Shown piece after piece: positions 1-7,659 of a stretch of 24,000 nucleotides of DNA. The stretch comes from Neisseriaceae bacterium HSC-16F19. GTDB taxonomy: Bacteria > Pseudomonadota > Gammaproteobacteria > Burkholderiales > Neisseriaceae. The DNA lies in assembly GCA_024171525.1 (NCBI GenBank), contig JALJZY010000014.1; one strand, 5' to 3'. The translations under genes and the position numbers were made by a program. Positions within the stretch are counted from its first letter, which is position 1. Each line of letters begins with the position of its first letter. The notes under the pieces are model-generated. The model did not search any database and had not been told where the DNA came from. It saw only the letters and a program-made list of their open reading frames with translations.

Positions 1-1
1 G

Positions 2-2422
2 GTTGACGGCGACGGCGCCGCCGCCATGCGTTATACCGAAATCCGTATGGCCAAAATCGCCCACGAAATGCTGGCCGACATCGAAGAAGAAACGGTCAAT
101 TTCGGCCCCAATTACGACGGCAGCGAAAACGAGCCCTTGGTGCTGCCCACCCGCTTTCCCGCCCTGCTGGTCAACGGTTCTTCCGGCATCGCCGTGGGCA
201 TGGCCACCAATATCCCGCCGCACAATCTGCCCGACACCATCGATGCCTGCCTGAAACTGCTCTCCGACCCGGAAGCGGGCATAGACGAACTCATCGACAT
301 CATCCAAGCCCCCGATTTCCCCACCGGTGCCACCATTTACGGCCTCTCCGGCGTGCGCGAAGGCTATAAAACCGGCCGCGGCCGCGTGGTGATGCGCGGC
401 AAAACCCATATCGAGCCCATAGGCAAAAACGGCGAGCGCGAAGCCATCATCATCGACGAAATTCCCTATCAGGTGAACAAAGCCCGTTTGGTGGAAAAAA
501 TCGGCGAGCTGGTGCGCGACAAAGTCTTGGAAGGCATTTCCGATTTGCGCGACGAGTCCGACAAATCGGGCATGCGCGTGGTCATCGAGCTCAAACGCAA
601 CGAAAACGCCGAAGTGGTGCTCAACCAGCTCTACAAACTCACCCAGCTGCAAGACAGTTTCGGCATCAATATGGTGGCGCTAGTGGACGGCCAGCCGCGT
701 TTGCTCAATTTGAAACAGATTTTGAGCGAATTCTTGCGCCACCGCCGCGAGGTGGTGACCCGCCGCACCCTGTTCCGCCTGAAAAAAGCGCGTCAGGAAG
801 GCCATATCGCCGAGGGCAAGGCCGTGGCGCTGTCGAATATCGACGAGATGATTCAGCTGATTAAAGAATCCGCCGATGCGCCCGAAGCCAAAGAAAAACT
901 GCTCTCCCGTCCGTGGCAGTCCGGTTTGGTGGGCGAGATGCTCGCACGCACCGATTTGGATATGCGCATGGCGCGCCCCGAAGGGCTGCCTGAAGGCTTG
1001 GGCTTGCAGCAGGGCGGTTATTTCCTGAGCGAAATCCAGGCCGATGCCATTTTACGCATGAGCCTGCGCAATCTTACCGGCCTCGACCAAGACACCATCG
1101 TCTCCGATTACAAAACCATTATGGGGCAGATTATTGATTTCTTGGATATTCTCGCCAAGCCCGAGCGCATCCGCCAAATCATCGAAGACGAACTCAATGC
1201 GGTGAAAATCCAGTTCGGCGACGCGCGCCGCAGCGAAATCAATCCCTTCGGTGGCGATATTGCCGACGAAGACCTGATTCCGCAACGCGATATGGTGGTT
1301 ACTCTCACCCACGGCGGCTACATCAAAACCCAGCCCACCAGCGATTATCAGGCGCAGCGCCGCGGCGGCCGCGGCAAGCAGGCGGCGGCCACCAAAGACG
1401 AAGACTTTATCGAAACCCTGTTTGTGGCCAATACCCACGACTATCTGATGTGTTTCACCAATTTCGGCCGCTGCCACTGGATTAAGGTGTACAAGCTGCC
1501 TGAAGGCGGCCGCACCAGCCGCGGACGCCCGATTAACAACGTGATTCAATTGGACGAAGGCGAAAAAGTGTCTGCCATTCTGGCGGTGCGCGATTTCCCC
1601 GAAGATGAATACGTATTCTTCGCCACTGCCCAGGGCATGGTGAAAAAAGTACAGCTCTCGGCGTTTAAAAACGTGCGCAGCCAAGGCATCAAGGCCATTG
1701 CCCTCAAAGACGGCGATTCCCTGGTGGGCGTGGCGCGCACCAGCGGCAGCAGCGACATCATGCTGTTCTCCAATCTGGGCAAAGCCATCCGTTTCAACGA
1801 ATATTGGGAGCGCAGCGGCGACGCCGATGAAAACGAGACGGACGATGCGGAAATGGCCACCGATCATGACGAAGGCGGCGATGATGCGGCGGAAACTCCG
1901 GCCCTCAAAGGCAACGGTGTACGCCCGTCCGGCCGCGGCAGCGGCGGCCTGCGCGGCATGAGGCTGCCTGAAAACGGCCGTATTGTCAGCCTGATGACTT
2001 TTGCCACCGACTGCGAGCAGGACGAAAACCTGCAAGTGCTCACCGCCACCGCCAACGGCTACGGCAAGCGCACGCCGATTGCCGATTACCCGCGCAAAGG
2101 CAAGGGCGGTCAGGGCAATATCGCCATCAATACCGGCGAGCGCAACGGCGATTTGGTGGCGGCAACCCTGGTGGCCAGCAATGATGATTTGATGCTGATT
2201 ACCAGCGGCGGCGTACTCATCCGCACCAAAGTGGAACAAATCCGCGAAACCGGCCGCACCGCCGCCGGGGTGAAGCTGATCAATCTGGACGAAGGCGAAA
2301 CCCTGGTCAGCTTGGAGCGTGTGGCGGAAGAGCCGGAAAGTGAGGACTTGGAAGAAGAGGGCATGGTGAGCACCGAAGGCGGCGAAGATACTGCCGCCAC
2401 GGATGAGCATGAACCGTCTTAA
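2..2422 (+). CDS. gyrA: DNA gyrase subunit A, 5'-truncated by the window edge (C-terminal ~806 aa)
   Basis: The frame is open from the window edge. The translation [24 protein letters not shown]... aligns with E. coli GyrA from the active-site Tyr122 region ([18 protein letters not shown]). It continues through [19 protein letters not shown], the tower and coiled-coil, the C-terminal beta-pinwheel (QRRGGRGK GyrA box) and an acidic tail. The QRDR lies upstream of the window. Confidence 0.97.
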   Translation, partial: VDGDGAAAMRYTEIRMAKIAHEMLADIEEETVNFGPNYDGSENEPLVLPTRFPALLVNGSSGIAVGMATNIPPHNLPDTIDACLKLLSDPEAGIDELIDIIQAPDFPTGATIYGLSGVREGYKTGRGRVVMRGKTHIEPIGKNGEREAIIIDEIPYQVNKARLVEKIGELVRDKVLEGISDLRDESDKSGMRVVIELKRNENAEVVLNQLYKLTQLQDSFGINMVALVDGQPRLLNLKQILSEFLRHRREVVTRRTLFRLKKARQEGHIAEGKAVALSNIDEMIQLIKESADAPEAKEKLLSRPWQSGLVGEMLARTDLDMRMARPEGLPEGLGLQQGGYFLSEIQADAILRMSLRNLTGLDQDTIVSDYKTIMGQIIDFLDILAKPERIRQIIEDELNAVKIQFGDARRSEINPFGGDIADEDLIPQRDMVVTLTHGGYIKTQPTSDYQAQRRGGRGKQAAATKDEDFIETLFVANTHDYLMCFTNFGRCHWIKVYKLPEGGRTSRGRPINNVIQLDEGEKVSAILAVRDFPEDEYVFFATAQGMVKKVQLSAFKNVRSQGIKAIALKDGDSLVGVARTSGSSDIMLFSNLGKAIRFNEYWERSGDADENETDDAEMATDHDEGGDDAAETPALKGNGVRPSGRGSGGLRGMRLPENGRIVSLMTFATDCEQDENLQVLTATANGYGKRTPIADYPRKGKGGQGNIAINTGERNGDLVAATLVASNDDLMLITSGGVLIRTKVEQIRETGRTAAGVKLINLDEGETLVSLERVAEEPESEDLEEEGMVSTEGGEDTAATDEHEPS
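1961..1972 (+). repeat. DUS 12-mer AGGCTGCCTGAA inside gyrA
   Basis: Perfect 12-mer, read in frame as R-L-P-E. One-mismatch copies at 983-994 and 1493-1504 also encode L-P-E. Confidence 0.8.
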
Positions 2423-2435
2423 GGACGTCTTTGAT

Positions 2436-2472
2436 AAAAAACCGGAACAGCGGTGAGCTGTTCCGGTTTTTT
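2436..2472. terminator. Bidirectional rho-independent terminator between convergent gyrA and the 98-aa ORF
   Basis: aaaaaACCGGAACAGcggtgagCTGTTCCGGTttttt: 10-bp stem, 7-nt loop, with an A-run on one side and a T-run on the other. Confidence 0.8.
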
Positions 2473-2479
2473 GTCGGCC

Positions 2480-2776
2480 TTAATCGGCCTCAAAACCGAA
2501 ATTCAGAAAGATAAACCCCTGGTCGTTGTGCTTGAGGGTGAAACCGCTCTCCGGAACGGGAAAACCGGCCTCGCGGGCCAGTTGTACCAAGGTGTCGTCA
2601 TCGGTATCGGGCAGGTCGGCGGCAATAAAAATCAGGCTCTCGCCTTTAACGCCGTCCCAATACCAGACTTCATGCAGCACATCGCTGTCGGCAATACGGA
2701 CCAACTGGCGGGAACGGATTTGCGTATCCTCGTCTTGGGGCAGGGCGGCAAATTTGGGGGGTAGGGTGATGCTCAT
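2480..2776 (-). CDS. Hypothetical small acidic cytoplasmic protein (98 aa)
   Basis: Complete ORF with AGGAGA (rc of 2782-2787) 5 nt upstream of the ATG and host-like codon usage. I recognise no family from the sequence. Confidence 0.7.
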   Translation of the reverse strand: MSITLPPKFAALPQDEDTQIRSRQLVRIADSDVLHEVWYWDGVKGESLIFIAADLPDTDDDTLVQLAREAGFPVPESGFTLKHNDQGFIFLNFGFEAD

Positions 2777-2904
2777 GGGTGTCTCCTGAATATGCTAAGC
2801 CGAACGGCAATATGGTATCCAACATAGCAAATCAGGGCTTTAAAGGCAAACTGCTTGTGCGGTATTGTTTGGCCGCACTGTTGCATTTACTTTGTTTTAT
2901 CCTG

Positions 2905-2916
2905 TTCAGGCAGCCT
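2905..2916 (-). repeat. DUS 12-mer (reverse orientation)
   Basis: Perfect TTCAGGCAGCCT, the reverse complement of AGGCTGCCTGAA, in the divergent promoter region. Confidence 0.8.
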
Positions 2917-2921
2917 GGCGC

Positions 2922-2950
2922 TTGCAAATCTAAATAACAGCGATTATCAT
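2922..2950 (+). promoter_or_regulatory. Putative sigma70 promoter of bfd (TTGCAA-N17-TATCAT), with a weak Fur-box-like ATTATC element over the -10
   Basis: TTGCAA at 2922-2927, an exact 17-nt spacer, and TATCAT at 2945-2950, 38 nt upstream of the bfd ATG. The GATTATCAT core overlaps the -10, but the best 19-mer Fur-box alignment is only about 10/19. Confidence 0.35.
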
Positions 2951-2988
2951 ACGGCAACGATACTGACTATCAATAAAAGGAGCCGGAT

Positions 2989-3186
2989 ATGTACGTCTGC
3001 CTCTGCAATGCCATTACCGACCGCCAAATCAAAGACACCGTTGCCTCCGGCGCCAACAGCCTGACCGACTTGCAGGCGCAATTGGGCGTGGCCACCTGCT
3101 GCGGCTGCTGTGCCGAACTGGCCACCTCCTTCCTGCCCGCTCTGGGTGAAAACCAGGTCAATACCGCGGTGGGTGCGCAAAAATAA
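2989..3186 (+). CDS. bfd: Bacterioferritin-associated ferredoxin (BFD-like [2Fe-2S] domain)
   Basis: The 65-aa product starts MYVCLCNAITDRQIKD like E. coli Bfd (MYVCLCNGISDKKIRQ). It has the C-x-C ... C-x2-C cysteine pattern (C4, C6, CCGCC). AAGGAG lies at 2977-2982. Confidence 0.9.
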   Translation: MYVCLCNAITDRQIKDTVASGANSLTDLQAQLGVATCCGCCAELATSFLPALGENQVNTAVGAQK

Positions 3187-3206
3187 ACCCCGTTCCCGTT
3201 TTATCT

Positions 3207-3240
3207 AAAGGCTGCCTGAAAGGTTTCAGGCAGCCCTTTT
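3207..3240 (+). terminator. Inverted DUS-pair terminator after bfd
   Basis: aaAGGCTGCCTGAAaggtTTCAGGCAGCCCtttt. The 3209-3220 copy is perfect and the 3225-3236 copy has 1 mismatch. A T-run follows. Confidence 0.8.
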
Positions 3241-3280
3241 CATGCGGGGCAGAAGGGCGATTGCGGTATAATCGGCGTTT

Positions 3281-3425
3281 TGAGACCTTTGCAAAACCCC
3301 CATCTGCGGCGCATTTCTGCGTTGTGCGCTGCTCGCTCGCTTGCCTATCTATTTGATATGTCTGCGCTCGCTGCGCTGCTACGCCTTGAACTGCATCCAC
3401 ATCTGAAGGTTTTGCAAAGGTCTCA
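3281..3425. mobile_element. 145-bp MITE with perfect 18-bp terminal inverted repeats (IS-end derived)
   Basis: The TIRs are TGAGACCTTTGCAAAACC (3281-3298) and GGTTTTGCAAAGGTCTCA (3408-3425), flanking a 109-bp non-coding core. A third partial copy, CCTTTGCAAAACC, follows at 3426-3438. The TIR resembles IS termini I recall from Neisseria genomes (IS1016-like); that is from memory only. Confidence 0.6.
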
Positions 3426-3461
3426 CCTTTGCAAAACCTTGGACAGGCAGAAATAGACGCC

Positions 3462-3485
3462 CTAGGGTGGGCATTTATGCCCACC
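3462..3485 (+). repeat. REP-like hairpin, family A, single copy (CTAG head variant)
   Basis: cTAGGGTGGGCAtttaTGCCCACC: 8-bp stem and 4-nt loop. Same unit as at 23509 and 23563. Confidence 0.65.
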
Positions 3486-3570
3486 GCCCGGTGTTATCGT
3501 TGTCCGCAGCGGATTGGGCAAAGGTCCCGCGTTTTGTCTGTTTGGCCGCATCCGTGGCCGTGTCGATGTT

Positions 3571-3676
3571 GATAGTCGAATAAAATATGAATGAGACAAG
3601 GCAGCAAGCCGCAGACAGTACAAATAGTACGGCAAGGCGCAGCAACGCCGTATCATTTTTATTTTAAATGACTATA
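3571..3676. mobile_element. Correia-like (CREE/NEMIS) MITE, short ~106-bp form, diverged termini
   Basis: The reverse complement reads TATAGTCATTTAAAATAAAAATGATACGGCGTTGCTGCGCCTTGCCGTACTATTTGTACTGTCTGCGGCTTGCTGCCTTGTCTCATTCATATTTTATTCGACTATC. The central ACGGCGTTGC..GCCTTGCCGTACTATTTGTACTGTCTGCGGCTT is nearly identical to the short Correia consensus as I remember it. The ~27-bp TIRs (ATAGTC..TAAAATA..AATGA.AC) differ from the canonical TATAGTGGATTAAC. Confidence 0.7.
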
Positions 3677-3691
3677 TAAAGGAGCTGGCCC

Positions 3692-4498
3692 GTGTCTTCA
3701 CCCTACCCCCATCCGATCATCGCCCGCGAAGGCTGGCCGTTTATCGCCATCAGCGTGCTGTTGAGCCTGCTGGTAACCTGTGCCTGCGGCGCCTGGTCGC
3801 TGCCGTTCTGGCTGATGACCGCCTTTGTGGTGCAGTTTTTCCGCGACCCGGCGCGGCCCATTCCGGCGGATGAGGATGCCATTCTCAGCCCCGCTGACGG
3901 CCGCATCGTGGTGGTCGGCCCGGCGACCGACCCGCACCGCAATGTGCCGGCGCTGAAAATCAGCGTGTTTATGAATGTGTTCAATGTGCACTCCAACCGC
4001 AGCCCTGCCGACGGCACGGTGGAAGAGGTGGCTTATTTCCAAGGCAGCTTTGTCAATGCCGATTTGGACAAGGCCAGCGAGCAGAACGAGCGCAATGCCG
4101 TGCTGCTGCGCACCCGCAGCGGCCGCGACATCACCTTTGTGCAGGTGGCAGGCTTAGTGGCGCGCCGCATCCTGTGCTATGTGGCCGCGGGTGATACCCT
4201 GAACCGCGGCCAGCGCTACGGCTTTATCCGCTTCGGTTCGCGTGTGGATGTGTATTTGCCCACCGATGCCGTGCCGCTGGTGACCATAGGCGACAAAGTC
4301 AGCGCCAGCAGCACCATTCTGGCACGCCTGCCGGTGGCTGCGGCGCACAGTGAGCCCGAAACGGAGCCCGTCAGCGCAGCCGCCGAAACCGTATCCGTCA
4401 GCACCGCCGCGGCGGCACCTGTGGCCGCAGATGCGGTGGTGCAAGCTGCGGCAGAGCAGGTGGAAGCCGCCGTGCGCCACGTCGAAGGCCAAAACTAA
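3692..4498 (+). CDS. psd: Phosphatidylserine decarboxylase proenzyme, short (Asd/Psd type II) form with Ala-rich C-terminal extension
   Basis: GTG start 7 nt after AAGGAG (3679-3684). There are two N-terminal TM segments, conserved FFRDP, SPADG and NVHxNRSP motifs, and the G-S self-cleavage site in RFGSRVD. The last ~55 aa are low-complexity Ala/Val/Glu. Confidence 0.88.
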   Translation: MSSPYPHPIIAREGWPFIAISVLLSLLVTCACGAWSLPFWLMTAFVVQFFRDPARPIPADEDAILSPADGRIVVVGPATDPHRNVPALKISVFMNVFNVHSNRSPADGTVEEVAYFQGSFVNADLDKASEQNERNAVLLRTRSGRDITFVQVAGLVARRILCYVAAGDTLNRGQRYGFIRFGSRVDVYLPTDAVPLVTIGDKVSASSTILARLPVAAAHSEPETEPVSAAAETVSVSTAAAAPVAADAVVQAAAEQVEAAVRHVEGQN

Positions 4499-4501
4499 AC
4501 C

Positions 4502-5653
4502 ATGCCCCGCCCGGCCTTTTCCGTTGACAAAAGCCTCACCCGCCCCGAACGCGTGTTGCTGGTGGGGGTGATGCTGGCTGCGGATTACCACGGCAGCGCC
4601 GAATTGCGCCAGCGGCTGTTTCAGGCAGCCTTGGACGAGGCGGCGGAACTGGTGGCGGCCAGCGGCGGCGAAGTGGTGGAAGTGTCCGGCAGCAGCCGCG
4701 ACAAACCGCACAATGCGCTGTTTGTCGGCACCGGCAAGGCGGAAGAGTTGGCGGCACAGGTGGCGGCTTTGGGCATCGAACTGGTGGTGTTCAACCACGA
4801 ACTCACGCCCACGCAGGAGCGCAATCTGGAGCGGGCGCTGCAATGCCGTGTGCTCGACCGCGTCGGCCTGATTCTGGCCATTTTCGCGCAACGGGCCGCC
4901 AGCCAGGAAGGCCGCTTGCAGGTGGAACTGGCGCAGCTGAAACATTTGTCCGGCCGTCTGGTGCGCGGTTACGGCCATTTGCAGAGCCAAAAAGGCGGCA
5001 TCGGCCTCAAAGGGCCGGGCGAAACCCAGCTGGAAACCGACCGCCGCCTCATCGGCCAGAAAATCACCGCGCTCAACCGCCAGTTGCAACAGGTGCGCAA
5101 ACAGCGCGCCACCCGGCGCAAAAGCCGTTTGAACAGCGGCCTGAAAACCTTTGCCCTGGTGGGTTATACCAATACCGGCAAGTCCAGCCTGTTCAACCGC
5201 CTCACCAAGGCGGAGGTGCTGGCCAAAGACCAGCTGTTCGCCACTTTGGACACCACCGCACGGCGTCTGTATCTGAACGAACACGCCAGTGTGCTCATCA
5301 GCGACACCGTCGGTTTTGTGCGCCGCCTGCCGCACACCTTGGTGGCCGCCTTTGCCGCCACCTTGGAAGAAACCGCGCTGGCAGACGTGCTGGTGCATGT
5401 GGTGGACGTGAGCCATCCGGAATACGCGCAGCAGATGGAAGATGTGAACCGGGTACTGGCCGAAATCAAGGCCGACCGGCTGCCGCAGTTGGTGGTGTAC
5501 AACAAAATCGACCGCTTGCCGCCCGCCGAACAAAACCCCGGCCTGTTGCGCGGCGCCGACGGCCGTGTGGCGGCGGTGCGGATTTCGGTGTTGGGCGGCG
5601 ACGGGCTGGCGGATTTGCGCCAAGCTATGGCCGAGTGGGCGCAGGAAACATAA
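4502..5653 (+). CDS. hflX: Ribosome-associated GTPase HflX
   Basis: The HflX N-domain is present (ELVVFNHELTPTQERNLE, EGRLQVELAQLKH, GGIGLKGPGETQLETDRR). G-motifs are present (GYTNTGKSSLFN, DTVGF, NKID). The ATG lies 3 nt after the psd stop, so the two genes are probably co-transcribed. Confidence 0.95.
   Translation: MPRPAFSVDKSLTRPERVLLVGVMLAADYHGSAELRQRLFQAALDEAAELVAASGGEVVEVSGSSRDKPHNALFVGTGKAEELAAQVAALGIELVVFNHELTPTQERNLERALQCRVLDRVGLILAIFAQRAASQEGRLQVELAQLKHLSGRLVRGYGHLQSQKGGIGLKGPGETQLETDRRLIGQKITALNRQLQQVRKQRATRRKSRLNSGLKTFALVGYTNTGKSSLFNRLTKAEVLAKDQLFATLDTTARRLYLNEHASVLISDTVGFVRRLPHTLVAAFAATLEETALADVLVHVVDVSHPEYAQQMEDVNRVLAEIKADRLPQLVVYNKIDRLPPAEQNPGLLRGADGRVAAVRISVLGGDGLADLRQAMAEWAQET
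4620..4631 (-). repeat. DUS 12-mer inside hflX
   Basis: Perfect TTCAGGCAGCCT within coding sequence (..LFQAALDE..). Confidence 0.8.
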
Positions 5654-5711
5654 AGAATAGTGGTGGGATGCAACAGCCGATTTTCGAGCGCGCCGCCATC
5701 TGTTAAACTGA

Positions 5712-5871
5712 GGGGCAAACTGACAACTCGTTCACGATTGCTTTTTTGCCAAAATCGCCCGTTTCTACGTTGAAAATGCTCGCAAGGTGTCCAACCTTGC
5801 TGCGCTTTTCGCCTTGAACCGGACGCTTTTGTCTAAAAAATCAACTACGCGCCCGAATTGTCATTTCGCCC
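5712..5871. mobile_element. 160-bp long imperfect palindrome, MITE-like non-coding element
   Basis: The left arm GGGGCAAACTGACAACTCGTTCACGATTGCTTTTTTGCCAAAATCG... matches the rc of the right arm GGGCGAAATGACAATTCGGGCGCGTAGTTGATTTTTTAGACAAAAGCG... at roughly 70% by hand alignment. The central hairpin is GCAAGGTgtccaACCTTGC. There is no credible ORF. Confidence 0.5.
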
Positions 5872-5954
5872 TAAGACCTTACTTCACTCTCTACCGACAT
5901 GAACCACACCGCGCCTTGCGACCCGAATCATGCACAGCTGCCGCATGTCGCCTC

Positions 5955-5995
5955 AGGCTGCCTGAAAGTTTTTCAGGCAGCCTGTTGTTTTTGTT
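5955..5995 (+). terminator. Inverted DUS-pair hairpin with U-tract, 18 nt before the TerC/CBS start codon
   Basis: AGGCTGCCTGAAagtttTTCAGGCAGCCTgttgtttttgtt. Both 12-mers are perfect (5955-5966 and 5972-5983). Confidence 0.7.
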
Positions 5996-6012
5996 AAAAG
6001 GACTTTACCGCT

Positions 6013-7581
6013 ATGGATTTTTCCTGGTTAGCCGACCCCGTCACCTGGCTGGGCTTTGCCACCCTGATTGTGCTCGAAGTGGTTTTGGGCATCGACAATC
6101 TGGTGTTTGTGGCGATTCTGGCCAATAAAGTCAAACCGCAATACCGCGACCGCGCCCGCGTGACCGGTCTGATGATGGCCGTGCTGATGCGCCTGATTAT
6201 GCTGGGCTTTATGGTGCAGCTCATGCGCCTGACCGCGCCCCTGTTTACCATCAGCGGGCATGTGGTCAGCGGCAAAGATTTGATTATGTTTTTCGGCGGC
6301 CTGTTTTTGCTCTACAAGGCCACCACCGAACTGCATGAGCGCCTGGAAGGCCACAACCACTACGCTGTGGCCGAGCACAACAAAGTGCATGCGCCGTTTT
6401 GGGGCGTGGTGGTGCAGATTCTGGTGCTGGACGCGGTGTTTTCCATCGACGCGGTGATCACCGCCGTGGCCATGGTGCAGCATATCGAAGTGGCCATGGC
6501 TGCCGTGGTGGTGGCCATGAGCATGATGATTTGGGCCAGCAAACCGCTCACCGCCTTTGTTGACCGCCACCCCACCGTGGTGATGCTGTGCCTGGGCTTC
6601 TTGCTGATGATCGGCTTTTCGCTGATTGCCGAAGCCTTCCATGTGGAAATCCCCAAAGGCTATCTCTATGCCGCCATCGGCTTCTCTATCCTGATTGAAA
6701 TCTTCAATCAGATTGCCAAGCGCAATACCGACAAAAACGCCTACAGCAGCAGCAGCTGGCGCCGCCGTACCGCCGAAAACGTGCTCGGCATGATGGGCAT
6801 ACGCGAAGAAGTGCTGGCCAAGGCCGGCGGTGCGCCGCAGGGCGATGACGACGATTTCTTCGAGGAAAACGAAAAATCCATGATCCGCAGCGTGCTCACC
6901 TTGGCCGAACGCGCCATTCCCGGTGTGATGACCCCGCGCAGCGACATCGAGCGCCTCGACATCTCGCAAAGCCGCGAGCAGCAGGTGGAACAATTGCAGT
7001 CCACTCCGTTTTCACGGCTGATGGTGGTGGGCAAGGCCGGTATCGACGAGCCCTTGGGCTATATCAATAAAAAAGACCTGCTCGCGCAAATGCTGGCCGA
7101 ACAGGATTGGAATATTCAGGCAGCCCTCAAGCAGCCCCTGGTATTGCCGGAGAGCGCCACCGTGCTGGATGCGCTGGAACTCTTCCGCGCCCGCAGTGCC
7201 GATATGGCGCTGGTGGTGGACGAATTCGGCGCCGTGCTCGGCATGGTGACCATGAAGGATTTGATGGAAACCATCGCCGGTGATTTCCCCGAAGAATACG
7301 AGCGCGAAGAAGCGCCCAGCATCGAAACCAACGATACCGACCACAGCCTCACCGTGGACGGCGGTTTCGAATACACCGAGCTCGCCCAGCAAATCGCCCT
7401 GCCGCCGCTGCCGGAAGACGCCGACTACCACACCGTGGCCGGTCTGATGATGGAAGAAATGCAGGCCATTCCCGATGTCGGCGATTATGTGGACGTGTAC
7501 GGCTACCGCTTTGAAGTGGCGGAAAAAGACAACCGCCGCATCGAGCGCGTACGCATTACCCGCGCGCCGGAAACGGATTAA
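6013..7581 (+). CDS. TerC-family integral membrane protein fused to a CBS pair and CorC/HlyC C-terminal domain (E. coli YoaE-like)
   Basis: The 522-aa product is collinear with E. coli YoaE as I recall it. Shared motifs are LEVVLGIDNLVFVAILA, GGLFLLYKATTELHERLEG, LDAVFSIDAVITAV, IPKGYLYAAIGFSILIE, then MTPRSDI..CBS..VDEFGAVLGMVTMKDLMETIAG and a CorC_HlyC tail. Confidence 0.92.
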   Translation: MDFSWLADPVTWLGFATLIVLEVVLGIDNLVFVAILANKVKPQYRDRARVTGLMMAVLMRLIMLGFMVQLMRLTAPLFTISGHVVSGKDLIMFFGGLFLLYKATTELHERLEGHNHYAVAEHNKVHAPFWGVVVQILVLDAVFSIDAVITAVAMVQHIEVAMAAVVVAMSMMIWASKPLTAFVDRHPTVVMLCLGFLLMIGFSLIAEAFHVEIPKGYLYAAIGFSILIEIFNQIAKRNTDKNAYSSSSWRRRTAENVLGMMGIREEVLAKAGGAPQGDDDDFFEENEKSMIRSVLTLAERAIPGVMTPRSDIERLDISQSREQQVEQLQSTPFSRLMVVGKAGIDEPLGYINKKDLLAQMLAEQDWNIQAALKQPLVLPESATVLDALELFRARSADMALVVDEFGAVLGMVTMKDLMETIAGDFPEEYEREEAPSIETNDTDHSLTVDGGFEYTELAQQIALPPLPEDADYHTVAGLMMEEMQAIPDVGDYVDVYGYRFEVAEKDNRRIERVRITRAPETD

Positions 7582-7599
7582 ATTGCGCGTGCCATTATT

Positions 7600-7640
7600 A
7601 AGGCTGCCTGAAAATATTTCAGGCAGCCTTGTTTATTTTA
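7600..7640. terminator. Inverted DUS-pair terminator between the convergent TerC/CBS gene and the 235-aa ORF
   Basis: aAGGCTGCCTGAAaatatTTCAGGCAGCCTtgtttatttta, with two perfect 12-mers at 7601-7612 and 7618-7629. Confidence 0.8.
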
Positions 7641-7659
7641 TGTGTGAGCAAGGATATAT

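Noticed and set aside
1052-2410. 452-aa ORF antisense to gyrA
   Set aside because: Its Ala/Gly/His/Phe-rich low-complexity translation is typical of stop-free antisense frames in GC-rich genes. The plus strand encodes an unambiguous GyrA.
2931-2955. Fur box at the bfd promoter
   Set aside because: Only an ATTATC hexamer and about 10/19 matches to the GATAATGATAATCATTATC consensus are present. That is too weak to call, so I mention it only as a note on the promoter feature.
3158-3656. 108-aa and 64-aa minus-strand ORFs in the bfd-psd intergenic region
   Set aside because: They are built entirely from the DUS pair, MITE, REP and Correia-like repeats, with no SD.
4154-5623. 489-aa ORF antisense to hflX and the psd 3' end, and the 287-aa plus-strand alternative frame at 4843-5706
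   Set aside because: Both are Arg/Gly/Ala/His-rich nonsense translations that overlap a clearly homologous HflX frame.
5872-5954. yybP-ykoY (Mn2+) or other riboswitch upstream of the TerC-family gene
   Set aside because: I looked for the conserved GGGGAGUAG / GAGACA / UUGACA-type motifs and found none. I cannot run Infernal, so this is not excluded.
5787-6128. 113-aa plus-strand ORF spanning the palindromic element, the DUS pair and the TerC/CBS 5' end
   Set aside because: It starts inside a repeat, crosses a terminator hairpin, and is out of frame with the well-supported transporter gene.
6028-6993. 321-aa ORF antisense to the TerC/CBS gene
   Set aside because: Its His/Gly/Ala-rich composition has no motif and is explained by the sense-strand YoaE-like gene.
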